IMG/VR virus record: IMGVR_UViG_3300022868_000014 | Span: 32,453 to 96,452 of that record | Direction: 5' to 3' (one strand) | Origin: a virus | DNA: 64,000 nucleotides | In this document: positions 28,603-36,394 of the stretch, in pieces | Numbering within the stretch: position 1 is the first letter of the stretch | Layout: each line of letters opens with the position of its first letter | Notes under the pieces: generated by a model | Databases searched by the model: none | What the model was told of the DNA's origin: nothing | The model's input: only the letters and a program-made list of their open reading frames with translations | Position numbers and translations under genes: made by a program

Positions 28603-28899
28603 ATGACTAGAAGACCCGACTTAAAAGATTTAACAGTGTTGGTAAGGAAGACCTGCCCCAAGTGTGAGGGTACCGGCTTTTATGGACCAGCAGGCGCGTT
28701 GTGCTCCTGCCCTAACTGCAGGGGAGTAGCGGGTTGCAGGGTGGATGAAGAGGTACCCCTGTTAGAGCTTATATGTATGATTGAGCAGTATAAACAGGAT
28801 AATGCCTTAGAGCTTTCTGATGGCCTTAGGGAACTCTTTGATGCTAAAGCAGCACGCTTGAACCCAGGGCGTAAAAGGCCTTACAACGGAGAACTATAA
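28603..28899 (+). CDS. small protein with DnaJ-type CxxCxGxG zinc finger
   Basis: CPKCEGTG...CPNCRG; AAGGAG RBS. Confidence 0.6.
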   Translation: MTRRPDLKDLTVLVRKTCPKCEGTGFYGPAGALCSCPNCRGVAGCRVDEEVPLLELICMIEQYKQDNALELSDGLRELFDAKAARLNPGRKRPYNGEL

Positions 28900-29102
28900 T
28901 GCCTAAGCCTAAGATAAAGACAAGAGAGGATGAACAGATTGAAAAGTTCGTTGAGCACTTAGCAGCAGAGGACATTGTTATTATGGACCCAGAGGTGTGG
29001 ACGAATATAATTATGAGGGATATAATGAAGGAAGAGGACCAGAAGTTCATAGACGCAACAAATGCAATACTGGAGGGTAGTACTAAAGATGACATTGACT
29101 AA
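28899..29102 (+). CDS. mini-protein containing a major-capsid-like segment
   Basis: RDIMKEEDQKF aligns with MCP KDIMAEEDRKF; shares DEQIEKFVxHLxAED with the next gene. Confidence 0.65.
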   Translation: MPKPKIKTREDEQIEKFVEHLAAEDIVIMDPEVWTNIIMRDIMKEEDQKFIDATNAILEGSTKDDID

Positions 29103-29493
29103 AGATGAAATAGACCTAATAGCAACGTCCTTATGCGAAGAGGAGGCTAATAAGCCAGTCGATGAACAGATTGAGAAGTTCGTTAAGCACCTTGAAGCTG
29201 AGGATAAGAAGCGATACGAGGTTAAGTTTGATAGCAAGGTGACAGCCAGATACAGTGCTGATAGCATGGTGACAGCCAGATACAGTGCTGAGGATAAGAA
29301 GCGATACGAGGTTAAGTTTGATAGCAAGGTGACAGCCAGATACAGTGCTGATAGCATGGTGACAGCCAGATACAGTGCTGATGTTGAGATGATCCAAACC
29401 TATGACATGGATATAAGAAAGATACTGGAAGACCAGATACTTAAAGATATGGATATACCAAAGGAGCTGATGCATGGCAGGCAAAACAGATAA
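29089..29493 (+). CDS. mini-protein containing a repeated major-capsid-like segment
   Basis: GGAGG RBS before ATG 29089; TYDMDIRKILEDQILKD aligns with MCP TYDMDIRQILNDFLLKD. Confidence 0.7.
   Translation: MTLTKDEIDLIATSLCEEEANKPVDEQIEKFVKHLEAEDKKRYEVKFDSKVTARYSADSMVTARYSAEDKKRYEVKFDSKVTARYSADSMVTARYSADVEMIQTYDMDIRKILEDQILKDMDIPKELMHGRQNR
29197..29381 (+). repeat. exact 90-nt tandem duplication with nested 30-nt repeats
   Basis: A-B-B'-A-B-B' pattern; B = tgatagca(a/t)ggtgacagccagatacagtgc; stays in frame. Confidence 0.9.
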
Positions 29494-29653
29494 ACGTAGA
29501 CCGGCAAGGATAACAGAGAAAGAGTGGTCTGATAACTGGGCTTTAGCATTTAAAACTGCAAAGAAGAACCATGGTAAGTGGACAGCAGTACACCCTAAGT
29601 GGCGGAACAAACAATCAGACATAACTAATTTACCGGAGATTGAAGATGAGTAA
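29474..29653 (+). CDS. 59-aa hypothetical protein (MAGKTDKRRPARITEKEWSDNW...)
   Basis: AAGGAG RBS at 29461; fills the gap between genes; below the ORF track cutoff. Confidence 0.55.
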   Translation: MAGKTDKRRPARITEKEWSDNWALAFKTAKKNHGKWTAVHPKWRNKQSDITNLPEIEDE

Positions 29654-29855
29654 GCGGACAATAAAGCTTAAAGGCACGGACAAGGAACTTAAACTTACTA
29701 AGGTATCTATGGTAAAATTTGAGCATAGTAAGAGCGAGTTTATATACTTGGAGAAGATTAAAGGCACCGAGGATGAGTGGCGCCTTACATACACGGAGAA
29801 GACTATACCAGAGATCAAAGAGTTAACAGCCATGGAGATTATAAGAGATGAGTAA
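29646..29855 (+). CDS. hypothetical protein
   Basis: GGAG RBS; overlaps both neighbours by 8 nt. Confidence 0.55.
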   Translation: MSKRTIKLKGTDKELKLTKVSMVKFEHSKSEFIYLEKIKGTEDEWRLTYTEKTIPEIKELTAMEIIRDE

Positions 29856-30567
29856 CACACTTAGAGACGGTACAATGACTGAAGACATACGCCTTGACCG
29901 TATAGAAGAATTTGATGAACGCAGTAAGGAGTACCCTTTAATGCTTGCACCCAGCAAGAAAGCCAGATCATATACATGGCGCTGCAATGCCCACCTCGAC
30001 CAGGGCACAGAAGGGAGTTGTGTCGGCCACGGCATTGCCCATGAGCTGGCAGCCAGACCGGCAGAGGTGGTAGGCATGACACATACGTATGCTAAGGAAA
30101 CTATCTACTGGGCAGCACAGCGCATTGATAGATGGCCAGGCGGGGCATACCCGGGCGCGAAGAACGACGGGCGCTTCTATGAAGGCACCGCTGTACTAGC
30201 AGGAGTAAAGATAGCTCATAAGCTTGGTTGGTTCGATAGCTACAGATGGGCCTTTGGCATAGACGACCTTATTATGGGAGTTGGCCATAACGGCCCAGCT
30301 GTGATGGGACTTAAATGGTACGAAGGAATGATAAACCCAGATACTAATAACTTTATACAGCCAACAGGAAAGACCATAGGAGGCCATTGCTTGCTCTGTA
30401 ACGCAATAAACGTTAAAGAGTCATACTTCACCCTACATAATAGCTGGGGTGCTCAGTGGGGCTTTAAAGGGGAATGTAAGATAACATTTGATGATATGGA
30501 TAAGTTATTGAAGCAACGAGGAGAAGCAGTCTTCTTCCAAAAGAGGCATAGAAATGCTCAACCATAA
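29848..30567 (+). CDS. papain-like (C1) cysteine peptidase
   Basis: DQGTEGSCVGHG (oxyanion Gln and catalytic Cys), GGHC (His), NSWGAQWG (Asn). Confidence 0.85.
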   Translation: MSNTLRDGTMTEDIRLDRIEEFDERSKEYPLMLAPSKKARSYTWRCNAHLDQGTEGSCVGHGIAHELAARPAEVVGMTHTYAKETIYWAAQRIDRWPGGAYPGAKNDGRFYEGTAVLAGVKIAHKLGWFDSYRWAFGIDDLIMGVGHNGPAVMGLKWYEGMINPDTNNFIQPTGKTIGGHCLLCNAINVKESYFTLHNSWGAQWGFKGECKITFDDMDKLLKQRGEAVFFQKRHRNAQP

Positions 30568-30742
30568 GATGGGTGGTAGTTACCTTTCATGTAATAAGTG
30601 CCACAGCTATATATGTAAGGTTAATATATTAGGCATTAAGCAGCTGACAAAGATGGAGGTTAAGCGCCACTATTGTGGTGACTGTATACTTAAACGACTA
30701 GAGAAGTACGCAGATAAGAAGGGGTGTAAGTATGTATTTTAG
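30554..30742 (+). CDS. small zinc-finger-like hypothetical protein
   Basis: CNKC...CGDC; ends at the start of tRNA-Gly. Confidence 0.45.
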   Translation: MLNHKMGGSYLSCNKCHSYICKVNILGIKQLTKMEVKRHYCGDCILKRLEKYADKKGCKYVF

Positions 30743-30817
30743 CGGGTGTAGCTCAATTGATAGAGCATTACGTTGCCAACGTAAATGTCATCGGTTTGAA
30801 CCCGGTCTCCCGCACCA
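30742..30817 (+). tRNA. trnG: tRNA-Gly(GCC)
   Basis: ttacg-tt-GCC-aa-cgtaa anticodon arm; cloverleaf; encoded CCA. Confidence 0.85.
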
Positions 30818-30848
30818 TATGGTTGACGGTAGCAATATGGTATCTTAT

Positions 30849-30926
30849 GGTGGACGTAGCCAAGTGGCCTAAGGCGTGCGGATGTGGCCCGCATTATCGA
30901 GAGTTCGAATCTCTCCGTCCACACCA
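30849..30926 (+). tRNA. trnH: tRNA-His(GTG)
   Basis: Encoded G-1; GTGGACG/CGTCCAC acceptor; tgcgg-at-GTG-gc-ccgca; CCA. Confidence 0.88.
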
Positions 30927-30989
30927 GTATCCGGAAATTTCCGGATAGATTCCGGTTAGAGACAATTTAAGCGACATAGTGTCGCGAAT

Positions 30990-31066
30990 GGGATGTTAGC
31001 TCAATTGGTTAGAGTATCTGATTGTCTATCAGAAAGTTGCGGATTCGAGTTCCGCACATCCCGCCA
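30990..31066 (+). tRNA. trnD: tRNA-Asp(GTC)
   Basis: tctga-tt-GTC-ta-tcaga; G73; CCA. Confidence 0.9.
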
Positions 31067-31075
31067 GTAAGATGA

Positions 31076-31151
31076 AGTCGTATAGCTCAGTCGGTAGAGC
31101 GCGATCCTGATATGGTCGATGTCCTAGGTTCAAATCCTAGTGCGACTACCA
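31076..31151 (+). tRNA. trnI: tRNA-Ile(GAT)
   Basis: cgatc-ct-GAT-at-ggtcg; cloverleaf; CCA. Confidence 0.9.
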
Positions 31152-31159
31152 GTAAGTAA

Positions 31160-31235
31160 TCGGAAGTAGTTCAGTTGGAAGAACAGTGTCCTGTTAAGGC
31201 ACATGTCCCTGGTTCGAGCCCAGGCTTCCGAGCCA
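31160..31235 (+). tRNA. trnN: tRNA-Asn(GTT)
   Basis: gtgtc-ct-GTT-aa-ggcac; U1-A72; G73; CCA. Confidence 0.9.
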
Positions 31236-31237
31236 AT

Positions 31238-31311
31238 AGGCCTATCGTCCAATGGCAGGACAGCGGTTTTTGATACCGCTAATCTAGGTTCGAATCCTAG
31301 TGGGCCTACCA
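31238..31311 (+). tRNA. trnQ: tRNA-Gln(TTG)
   Basis: gcggt-tt-TTG-at-accgc; cloverleaf; CCA. Confidence 0.9.
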
Positions 31312-31330
31312 ATAACAACAGGAGAACAAT

Positions 31331-31672
31331 ATGAGTAGTAGAGCAGCACACAACAGAGAATGTATGGAGAAGCTGGGCGAGGACTTTGACCATGTCAACG
31401 CCTGGATCGATGGATGCGCAGCAGTAAAGAACTTGGAGGGTGTATCATGCCTGGACATAAATCACAGGATACACAGGCACCACAAGGAAGGCGTGGAGTA
31501 CATACGGCAGGAACACGGTGACCGTGCAGCGGAAGCCGCCGAACTCCATATTATTAATGATATGGGTGAGGTAATGAGCGAAGAAGATATGATACAGCTC
31601 TATGGTACTACAAAGAGACCTGTACCATGGGCAGATATCTTCGGTAAAGAATGGGAAGAAGGAAAGAGCTAA
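31331..31672 (+). CDS. His-rich hypothetical protein (possibly metal-binding)
   Basis: ACAGGAG RBS; HRIHRHH and AELHIINDMG motifs. Confidence 0.65.
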   Translation: MSSRAAHNRECMEKLGEDFDHVNAWIDGCAAVKNLEGVSCLDINHRIHRHHKEGVEYIRQEHGDRAAEAAELHIINDMGEVMSEEDMIQLYGTTKRPVPWADIFGKEWEEGKS

Positions 31673-31872
31673 TGGATGATGAATTTAAAATAGAACTGGG
31701 TGACAACTTCGGTACCGCAATATGGGTAACCTCCACTAGTGAGGACGATCATTTTGTTGTAATGAGGTCTGATTCCGTAGGCGCAGCACACGCCACCATC
31801 AGGGTTAAGAGCTTTGAAGATGGCGTTAAGCTTGCACAGCTTATGGCACAAGTCACCATAGTTAAAGCATAA
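31672..31872 (+). CDS. hypothetical protein
   Basis: TAATG coupling to the upstream gene; 66 aa. Confidence 0.55.
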   Translation: MDDEFKIELGDNFGTAIWVTSTSEDDHFVVMRSDSVGAAHATIRVKSFEDGVKLAQLMAQVTIVKA

Positions 31873-31873
31873 G

Positions 31874-31947
31874 GGGCTAATAGTATAACGGTATTACTCC
31901 CGGTTTGCATCCGGGCAATTAGAGTTCGATTCTCTATTGGTCCACCA
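31874..31947 (+). tRNA. trnA: tRNA-Ala(TGC)
   Basis: cccgg-tt-TGC-at-ccggg; G3-U70 identity pair; CCA. Confidence 0.88.
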
Positions 31948-31952
31948 CTTAA

Positions 31953-32030
31953 CGGAGTGTAGATCAGTCTGAATAGATCGTTGCGTTTGGGACGCAAAAG
32001 TCGCAGGTTTGAATCCTGCCACTCCGACCA
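31953..32030 (+). tRNA. trnP: tRNA-Pro(TGG)
   Basis: CGGAGTG/CACTCCG acceptor; ttgcg-tt-TGG-ga-cgcaa; CCA. Confidence 0.9.
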
Positions 32031-32197
32031 CTTTGAAGATATAAAACGTAGACGGTAGAATGGCAAGTACAATAAAAACCGAACTTACACGTAATGCGAG
32101 CAGACCGCGAAATAATGTCTGATCGAACGCTTGTCTATCTTCATCCTTGTAATTACCTGAACCTATGTATATGTTATTAACATAAAGGAGAAGTATT

Positions 32198-32365
32198 ATG
32201 GAAGACCCAAATGTATCTGCAGAGTTTGCCGGCACCTGTCGAGGATGTGGCGGTAATGTTAATGTGCTTATTGAGGATGAAGAGCACACCTATCAATGTG
32301 AAAACAATAAATGTGAGTATAGCGAAGGGGAAATTAATGACGCAGAACCTGAGTGGGTAGACTAA
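32198..32365 (+). CDS. 55-aa zinc-ribbon protein
   Basis: AAGGAG RBS; CRGC...CENNKC; TTGTAA-N17-TATGTT upstream; below the ORF track cutoff. Confidence 0.6.
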   Translation: MEDPNVSAEFAGTCRGCGGNVNVLIEDEEHTYQCENNKCEYSEGEINDAEPEWVD

Positions 32366-32367
32366 TT

Positions 32368-32383
32368 GTCTAACGCGTTAGAC
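32368..32383. promoter_or_regulatory. 16-bp perfect palindrome GTCTAACGCGTTAGAC, copy 2
   Basis: Intergenic, 4 nt before tRNA-Ser. Confidence 0.7.
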
Positions 32384-32387
32384 TTTT

Positions 32388-32477
32388 GGAGGGGTGGCTC
32401 AATGGTACAGCACCGCACTGCTAATGCGGCATTCGCTTTATAGCGATCTCCCCGTTCAAGTCGGGGTCCCTCCGCCA
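32388..32477 (+). tRNA. trnS: tRNA-Ser(GCT)
   Basis: ccgca-ct-GCT-aa-tgcgg; long variable arm; G73; CCA. Confidence 0.9.
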
Positions 32478-32484
32478 GTAAGAA

Positions 32485-32740
32485 TTGAAAGATTGTAGTA
32501 AGAGTTCTCCTCCTCTCTTACTACATAGCATGATCGAGGTTAACGATTTAAAAACCGGATTTTAATTCGGTGTACATGCAACGGAGCTGGTAGCGCCCGT
32601 TTAACTAAGCTACCACCAATTTCAGCCCTGGCCCATGGGCGAGAACCAAAACATGGGCTACGGATGGCCGACCAAATTAAAACAGACACCAAGTGTGTGT
32701 ATAAAGGATCCAGGCCGCCCTGGTTAGATAAAAAGGGTCC
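32485..32740 (+). ncRNA. candidate structured non-coding RNA
   Basis: About 260 nt between two tRNAs with no convincing ORF and at least four hairpins. Confidence 0.45.
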
Positions 32741-32744
32741 TTCT

Positions 32745-32819
32745 GCTCTGGAAGCATAAATGGTGATGCAATCGGTTTGTACCCGATTTAAGGGAGTTCG
32801 ATTCTTCCCCGGAGCTCCA
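32745..32819 (+). tRNA. trnT: tRNA-Thr(TGT)
   Basis: GCTCTGG/CCGGAGC acceptor; atcgg-tt-TGT-ac-ccgat; CCA. Confidence 0.85.
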
Positions 32820-32837
32820 GTTTAATAAGGAGAGAAT

Positions 32838-33359
32838 ATGAAGACACTACAACAGGTGATTAAAAAGGTTAAACCCGGACAGCTCCGTAAACTAGCCTTT
32901 AAATACTATGATGAAACCCACGATGGCTACGAGAAACTTCTTAAGCTACTACAGACCGTTCCTCCCGAAGACTCAAAGTTCTCTATTAGTATCTCTTATA
33001 TAGAGGAGGAATTTGATAGAACCCTTGAAGACTACGAGAAATACCACAATGTATCAGGCCATACCCCTGATGATCCTGACAATACTTACAGCATGAGCTT
33101 CTCTACATGGGCAGAGTGGGCAGGCATGGAAGTGGAGAAGGCTACCATTAAAAACTACAAAGCAGTGGAGATTGCTGTTCATTGTATTTATGAAATGACC
33201 TTCTATGGGTGGGACCCTAAAAAGATAGATGAAGTTAAGGTCGATTTAAAGGAGCGTTGTGATGAACTTGATAAGTGGATAGAGGAAGGGACACTTGACG
33301 AGCACACTATTACAATGGATGAGCTTTTTGATGAATTGGAATTGAAAAAAGACAAGTAG
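32838..33359 (+). CDS. acidic hypothetical protein
   Basis: AAGGAG RBS; 173 aa. Confidence 0.7.
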   Translation: MKTLQQVIKKVKPGQLRKLAFKYYDETHDGYEKLLKLLQTVPPEDSKFSISISYIEEEFDRTLEDYEKYHNVSGHTPDDPDNTYSMSFSTWAEWAGMEVEKATIKNYKAVEIAVHCIYEMTFYGWDPKKIDEVKVDLKERCDELDKWIEEGTLDEHTITMDELFDELELKKDK

Positions 33360-33370
33360 TGTTTTATATT
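33342..33370 (+). promoter_or_regulatory. sigma70-like promoter
   Basis: TTGAAA-N17-TATATT upstream of the 33425-38704 operon. Confidence 0.5.
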
Positions 33371-33424
33371 ACCAATAACAACATATTGTTATAATTTAAT
33401 TAAACTAAATAACAGGAGGATGCA

Positions 33425-34183
33425 ATGGCTGCCATTACACCTATCGTAAGAACCCACGTAAGCAACGTAACAAGAACAGATGTTAAATATGGTTGGTACC
33501 CACCACACGGATTGTATGTACCCGCCCGCGGCTGTGTAGTCGTAGATGGTGATGTTATGTCACTCTGCACTAAAGACACATTTAAACAGCTTCTACTTAA
33601 TGACCTTAGTAACAGGAGAGTCAAACTGTCACTCGAAGTGATTGCACAGAAAGGCGTATCCCTTAGAGCCGGCGACAAGACTGTTGCCCCTAAGATCCCT
33701 AAGGTTAAACCTGTAGAGAAGCCTGAGGTTAAGAAAGCCCAGCAAGAAGCAGACCTTAACGAAGAAGCCATTATAGACAAGCTAGCGAAGCTTGAAACCG
33801 GAGAAGAACCAGTGGAACCATTTTCAGAAACATTCAAGAACAAGACTATCGAAGAGATGAAACCCCCAATAACTAATATGTTCGGGGATGATTGGGAAAA
33901 GCAAAGCTCTAAGAAAGCTGACGTAGAGACTGTTGATATGTTCGGTGCCGACGCATTCGGTGACAAGGCTGACACAGTAGCAGACAAAGCCAGAGCAGTA
34001 GCTGCAGAGAAAGTAGCAGCCGTAGCAGCTGAGACAGAAGCGAAAGCAGCAGCCGTAGAGGCCGTAGCAGCAGCTAAAGATAAGAAAGCAGCTAGTATTG
34101 CTAAAGGTTTAGCTACCCGTAAAGCCAATGCAGCAAAGAAGGCCGCCGCATTAGCAGCAGATAAATTCGGAGACATGGAGTAA
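33425..34183 (+). CDS. hypothetical protein with Ala/Lys-rich C-terminus
   Basis: AGGAGG RBS; first gene of the glycosyltransferase operon. Confidence 0.65.
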   Translation: MAAITPIVRTHVSNVTRTDVKYGWYPPHGLYVPARGCVVVDGDVMSLCTKDTFKQLLLNDLSNRRVKLSLEVIAQKGVSLRAGDKTVAPKIPKVKPVEKPEVKKAQQEADLNEEAIIDKLAKLETGEEPVEPFSETFKNKTIEEMKPPITNMFGDDWEKQSSKKADVETVDMFGADAFGDKADTVADKARAVAAEKVAAVAAETEAKAAAVEAVAAAKDKKAASIAKGLATRKANAAKKAAALAADKFGDME

Positions 34184-34187
34184 ACTT

Positions 34188-35690
34188 ATGACACAGGGAA
34201 TTATATATCTGAATCAGGGCGAGAAGTGCATGATCCGAATACTAGTGTCTGTGTTTTCATTACGCAAGCACTATGACGGACCTGTCTCTGTAATAGCTGT
34301 TGACGAGCAGAAACAATGGTTCGTTGATATCCTTAAGGACATGAACGTTGATATAGTGCCAGTCAAGAATATCCCGAAGATCCGGCCCCTAGTACGTAAA
34401 GCACGTTTACAGGAGAACAGTCCTTATGATGTTACCATGTTTATTGATGCTGACACCCTTATACTCCAGCCTATCGATGAGTACTTTGAGAAGATCAAAG
34501 AGTACAAGTTTTGTACAGGCGAGTTTGCAGGTTGGAAGACCAGCGGTGGTACTATGTCAAAGCGCATTAGGGGTTTTGGTAAAGTAGTACCTGACTATGT
34601 GAAGGGTGCCCTTTCCTACGGTAAAGCTACTAACACAGGTATCTTCGGCTTCACTAAAGATGCTGAGATACTTGATGAATGGAAATGGATTGCAGAAGAA
34701 GGTTGTAAGCAGAACTGCTCCCGCATACCTGATGAGGTAGGGTGCCAAATGCTCTTACATAAATATAGACACTGGCTTGCTCCTGTAGAGTGGGGTACAA
34801 GTGTTAAGTATGGTGCGCTTGGTGATAAGATTAAGATTGTTCATTACCATGGACGCAAACACGTAGCCCCTTTCCCTTTATGCAATCTATGGATACAGCA
34901 TTACTGGGAATTAAGATACAAGCTTAAAGGGAAACTACAGGAAGAGTTTAGTAAACCATGGCATGACCGGAGACTTAAGAGATATCTTGGTACGATCGGA
35001 TCTAATGTAACAGTGGTTACTGCTGTGAACGAGAAGTACCTTAATAGACTCGAGGCTAACCTCCCTCTATGGTTAAAGACTCAGGGTATCTATGAACACC
35101 CCATGGTCATATACGTAAACGGGATAGACATCGCGGATCCGAAATTGGACTTCGCGCGCAACCGGGCGACCCTCATCCCTTGGGACTTCCCTCAGGCAGC
35201 TAATACACGTGAGCTTATGCTTACAGCATTCGTATTAGGTACAGCCAAGGATATTAAGACCAAGTGGTGGTTGAAAGTCGATTGTGACACAACACCCAAA
35301 GAATCAGGTTATAAAGATTTCCAGTACACACTAGATATGCCTGATGAAGCCTGGGATAGGTCTATCTTCGGGAATAAGTGCGGTTATACTAAGAGCAAAC
35401 AATGCTATAACGAAAAACACTTTCTCAATACCTTGGATGAATGGTGGGAGGAGAAGACAGGCGAACCGCCTATGTTCCCACTTAATATTCCTTGGAGAGA
35501 AAAACATGGTCATTCAAGGCTTGCATCATTCATATGCCTACATAAAACGGTATTTGTGCAGAAGTATGCAGCTATGTGTGACGGTCGTTTACCTATCCCA
35601 AGTCACGACACGTTTTTATTTTACTGTGCGGAGCGTGGTAAGAGGGATAAGTGGGGTAGCACAAATTTTAAAAAGAGGTTTCAACCATGA
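34188..35690 (+). CDS. two-domain GT-A fold glycosyltransferase
   Basis: N-domain GIIY...SLRKH...FIDAD...NTGIFGF...IVHYHG (GT8-like); second domain VVTAV...KVDCD. Confidence 0.75.
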   Translation: MTQGIIYLNQGEKCMIRILVSVFSLRKHYDGPVSVIAVDEQKQWFVDILKDMNVDIVPVKNIPKIRPLVRKARLQENSPYDVTMFIDADTLILQPIDEYFEKIKEYKFCTGEFAGWKTSGGTMSKRIRGFGKVVPDYVKGALSYGKATNTGIFGFTKDAEILDEWKWIAEEGCKQNCSRIPDEVGCQMLLHKYRHWLAPVEWGTSVKYGALGDKIKIVHYHGRKHVAPFPLCNLWIQHYWELRYKLKGKLQEEFSKPWHDRRLKRYLGTIGSNVTVVTAVNEKYLNRLEANLPLWLKTQGIYEHPMVIYVNGIDIADPKLDFARNRATLIPWDFPQAANTRELMLTAFVLGTAKDIKTKWWLKVDCDTTPKESGYKDFQYTLDMPDEAWDRSIFGNKCGYTKSKQCYNEKHFLNTLDEWWEEKTGEPPMFPLNIPWREKHGHSRLASFICLHKTVFVQKYAAMCDGRLPIPSHDTFLFYCAERGKRDKWGSTNFKKRFQP

Positions 35691-35782
35691 AGTTATGCAG
35701 AATAGAGAGTTGTGCAGGTTCTTTTTATGCAAAAGATTTATGTAAGAAGCATTATACTAGATTACTCACAAGAGGCCTATAG
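35687..35782 (+). CDS. 31-aa C-x4-C...C-x2-H zinc-finger microprotein
   Basis: MKLCRIESCAGSFYAKDLCKKHYTRLLTRGL; ATGA overlap upstream; stop abuts the next ATG. Confidence 0.55.
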   Translation: MKLCRIESCAGSFYAKDLCKKHYTRLLTRGL

Positions 35783-36385
35783 ATGCGTTATAACAAACAT
35801 TTCCACCAAAAGCGAGTCGGACATCCACGTTACCCTATTATGGCTGACGCGGTGCTTAAAAGCTATGCAACGGCGTTTCCTGATTTAATACTACCGGACA
35901 AGGTAGCGGATGTAGGCTGTTCAGTAGGTGCACACCTTAAAGCTATTAAAGATCTTGGCTTTGATTGTGAGACCCTGGGAATAGATTACAGCGTCAATAT
36001 AGATGACGTACTAGAAGAGGTTGATGTTTATTATAACTTAGATCTTACAAAGGCTATTAAGCATTCGGCATATGGTCATAGTGACATAGTAATATGCCAG
36101 GAAGTAGCAGAACATATTGAAGCAGAGCATACAGGTAAAGTATTGGATTTTATAACATCACTTGCCTTTGCTGCAGAAAGTCTGCTGGTATTCGGGGCTG
36201 CCCACCCAGGACAACCAGGTCGCCATCATGTAAATTGTCGAACAAAGGAGTTTTGGGCTAAGTGCTTAAAGAAACGAGGATGGGAATTAGATGAGGCAGC
36301 TACGGCAGTCTATTTGGAAGTATTAGCTAAAGGTGGAATTATAAAAGGATGTTACGTGGATAACACACAATGTTTCACAAGGTAG
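35783..36385 (+). CDS. class I SAM-dependent methyltransferase
   Basis: VADVGCSVG motif I, GIDY, ICQEVAEHI, PGQPGRHHVNC. Confidence 0.85.
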   Translation: MRYNKHFHQKRVGHPRYPIMADAVLKSYATAFPDLILPDKVADVGCSVGAHLKAIKDLGFDCETLGIDYSVNIDDVLEEVDVYYNLDLTKAIKHSAYGHSDIVICQEVAEHIEAEHTGKVLDFITSLAFAAESLLVFGAAHPGQPGRHHVNCRTKEFWAKCLKKRGWELDEAATAVYLEVLAKGGIIKGCYVDNTQCFTR

Positions 36386-36394
36386 GAGGATACC

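Noticed and set aside
29197-29381. 30-nt repeats as a CRISPR array
   Set aside because: There are no unique spacers; the units are directly tandem, in frame within a coding gene, and no cas genes are present.
30739-32289. Tracked ORFs 30739-, 30757+, 31130-, 31749- and 31894-
   Set aside because: They overlap clear tRNA genes and are spurious translations.
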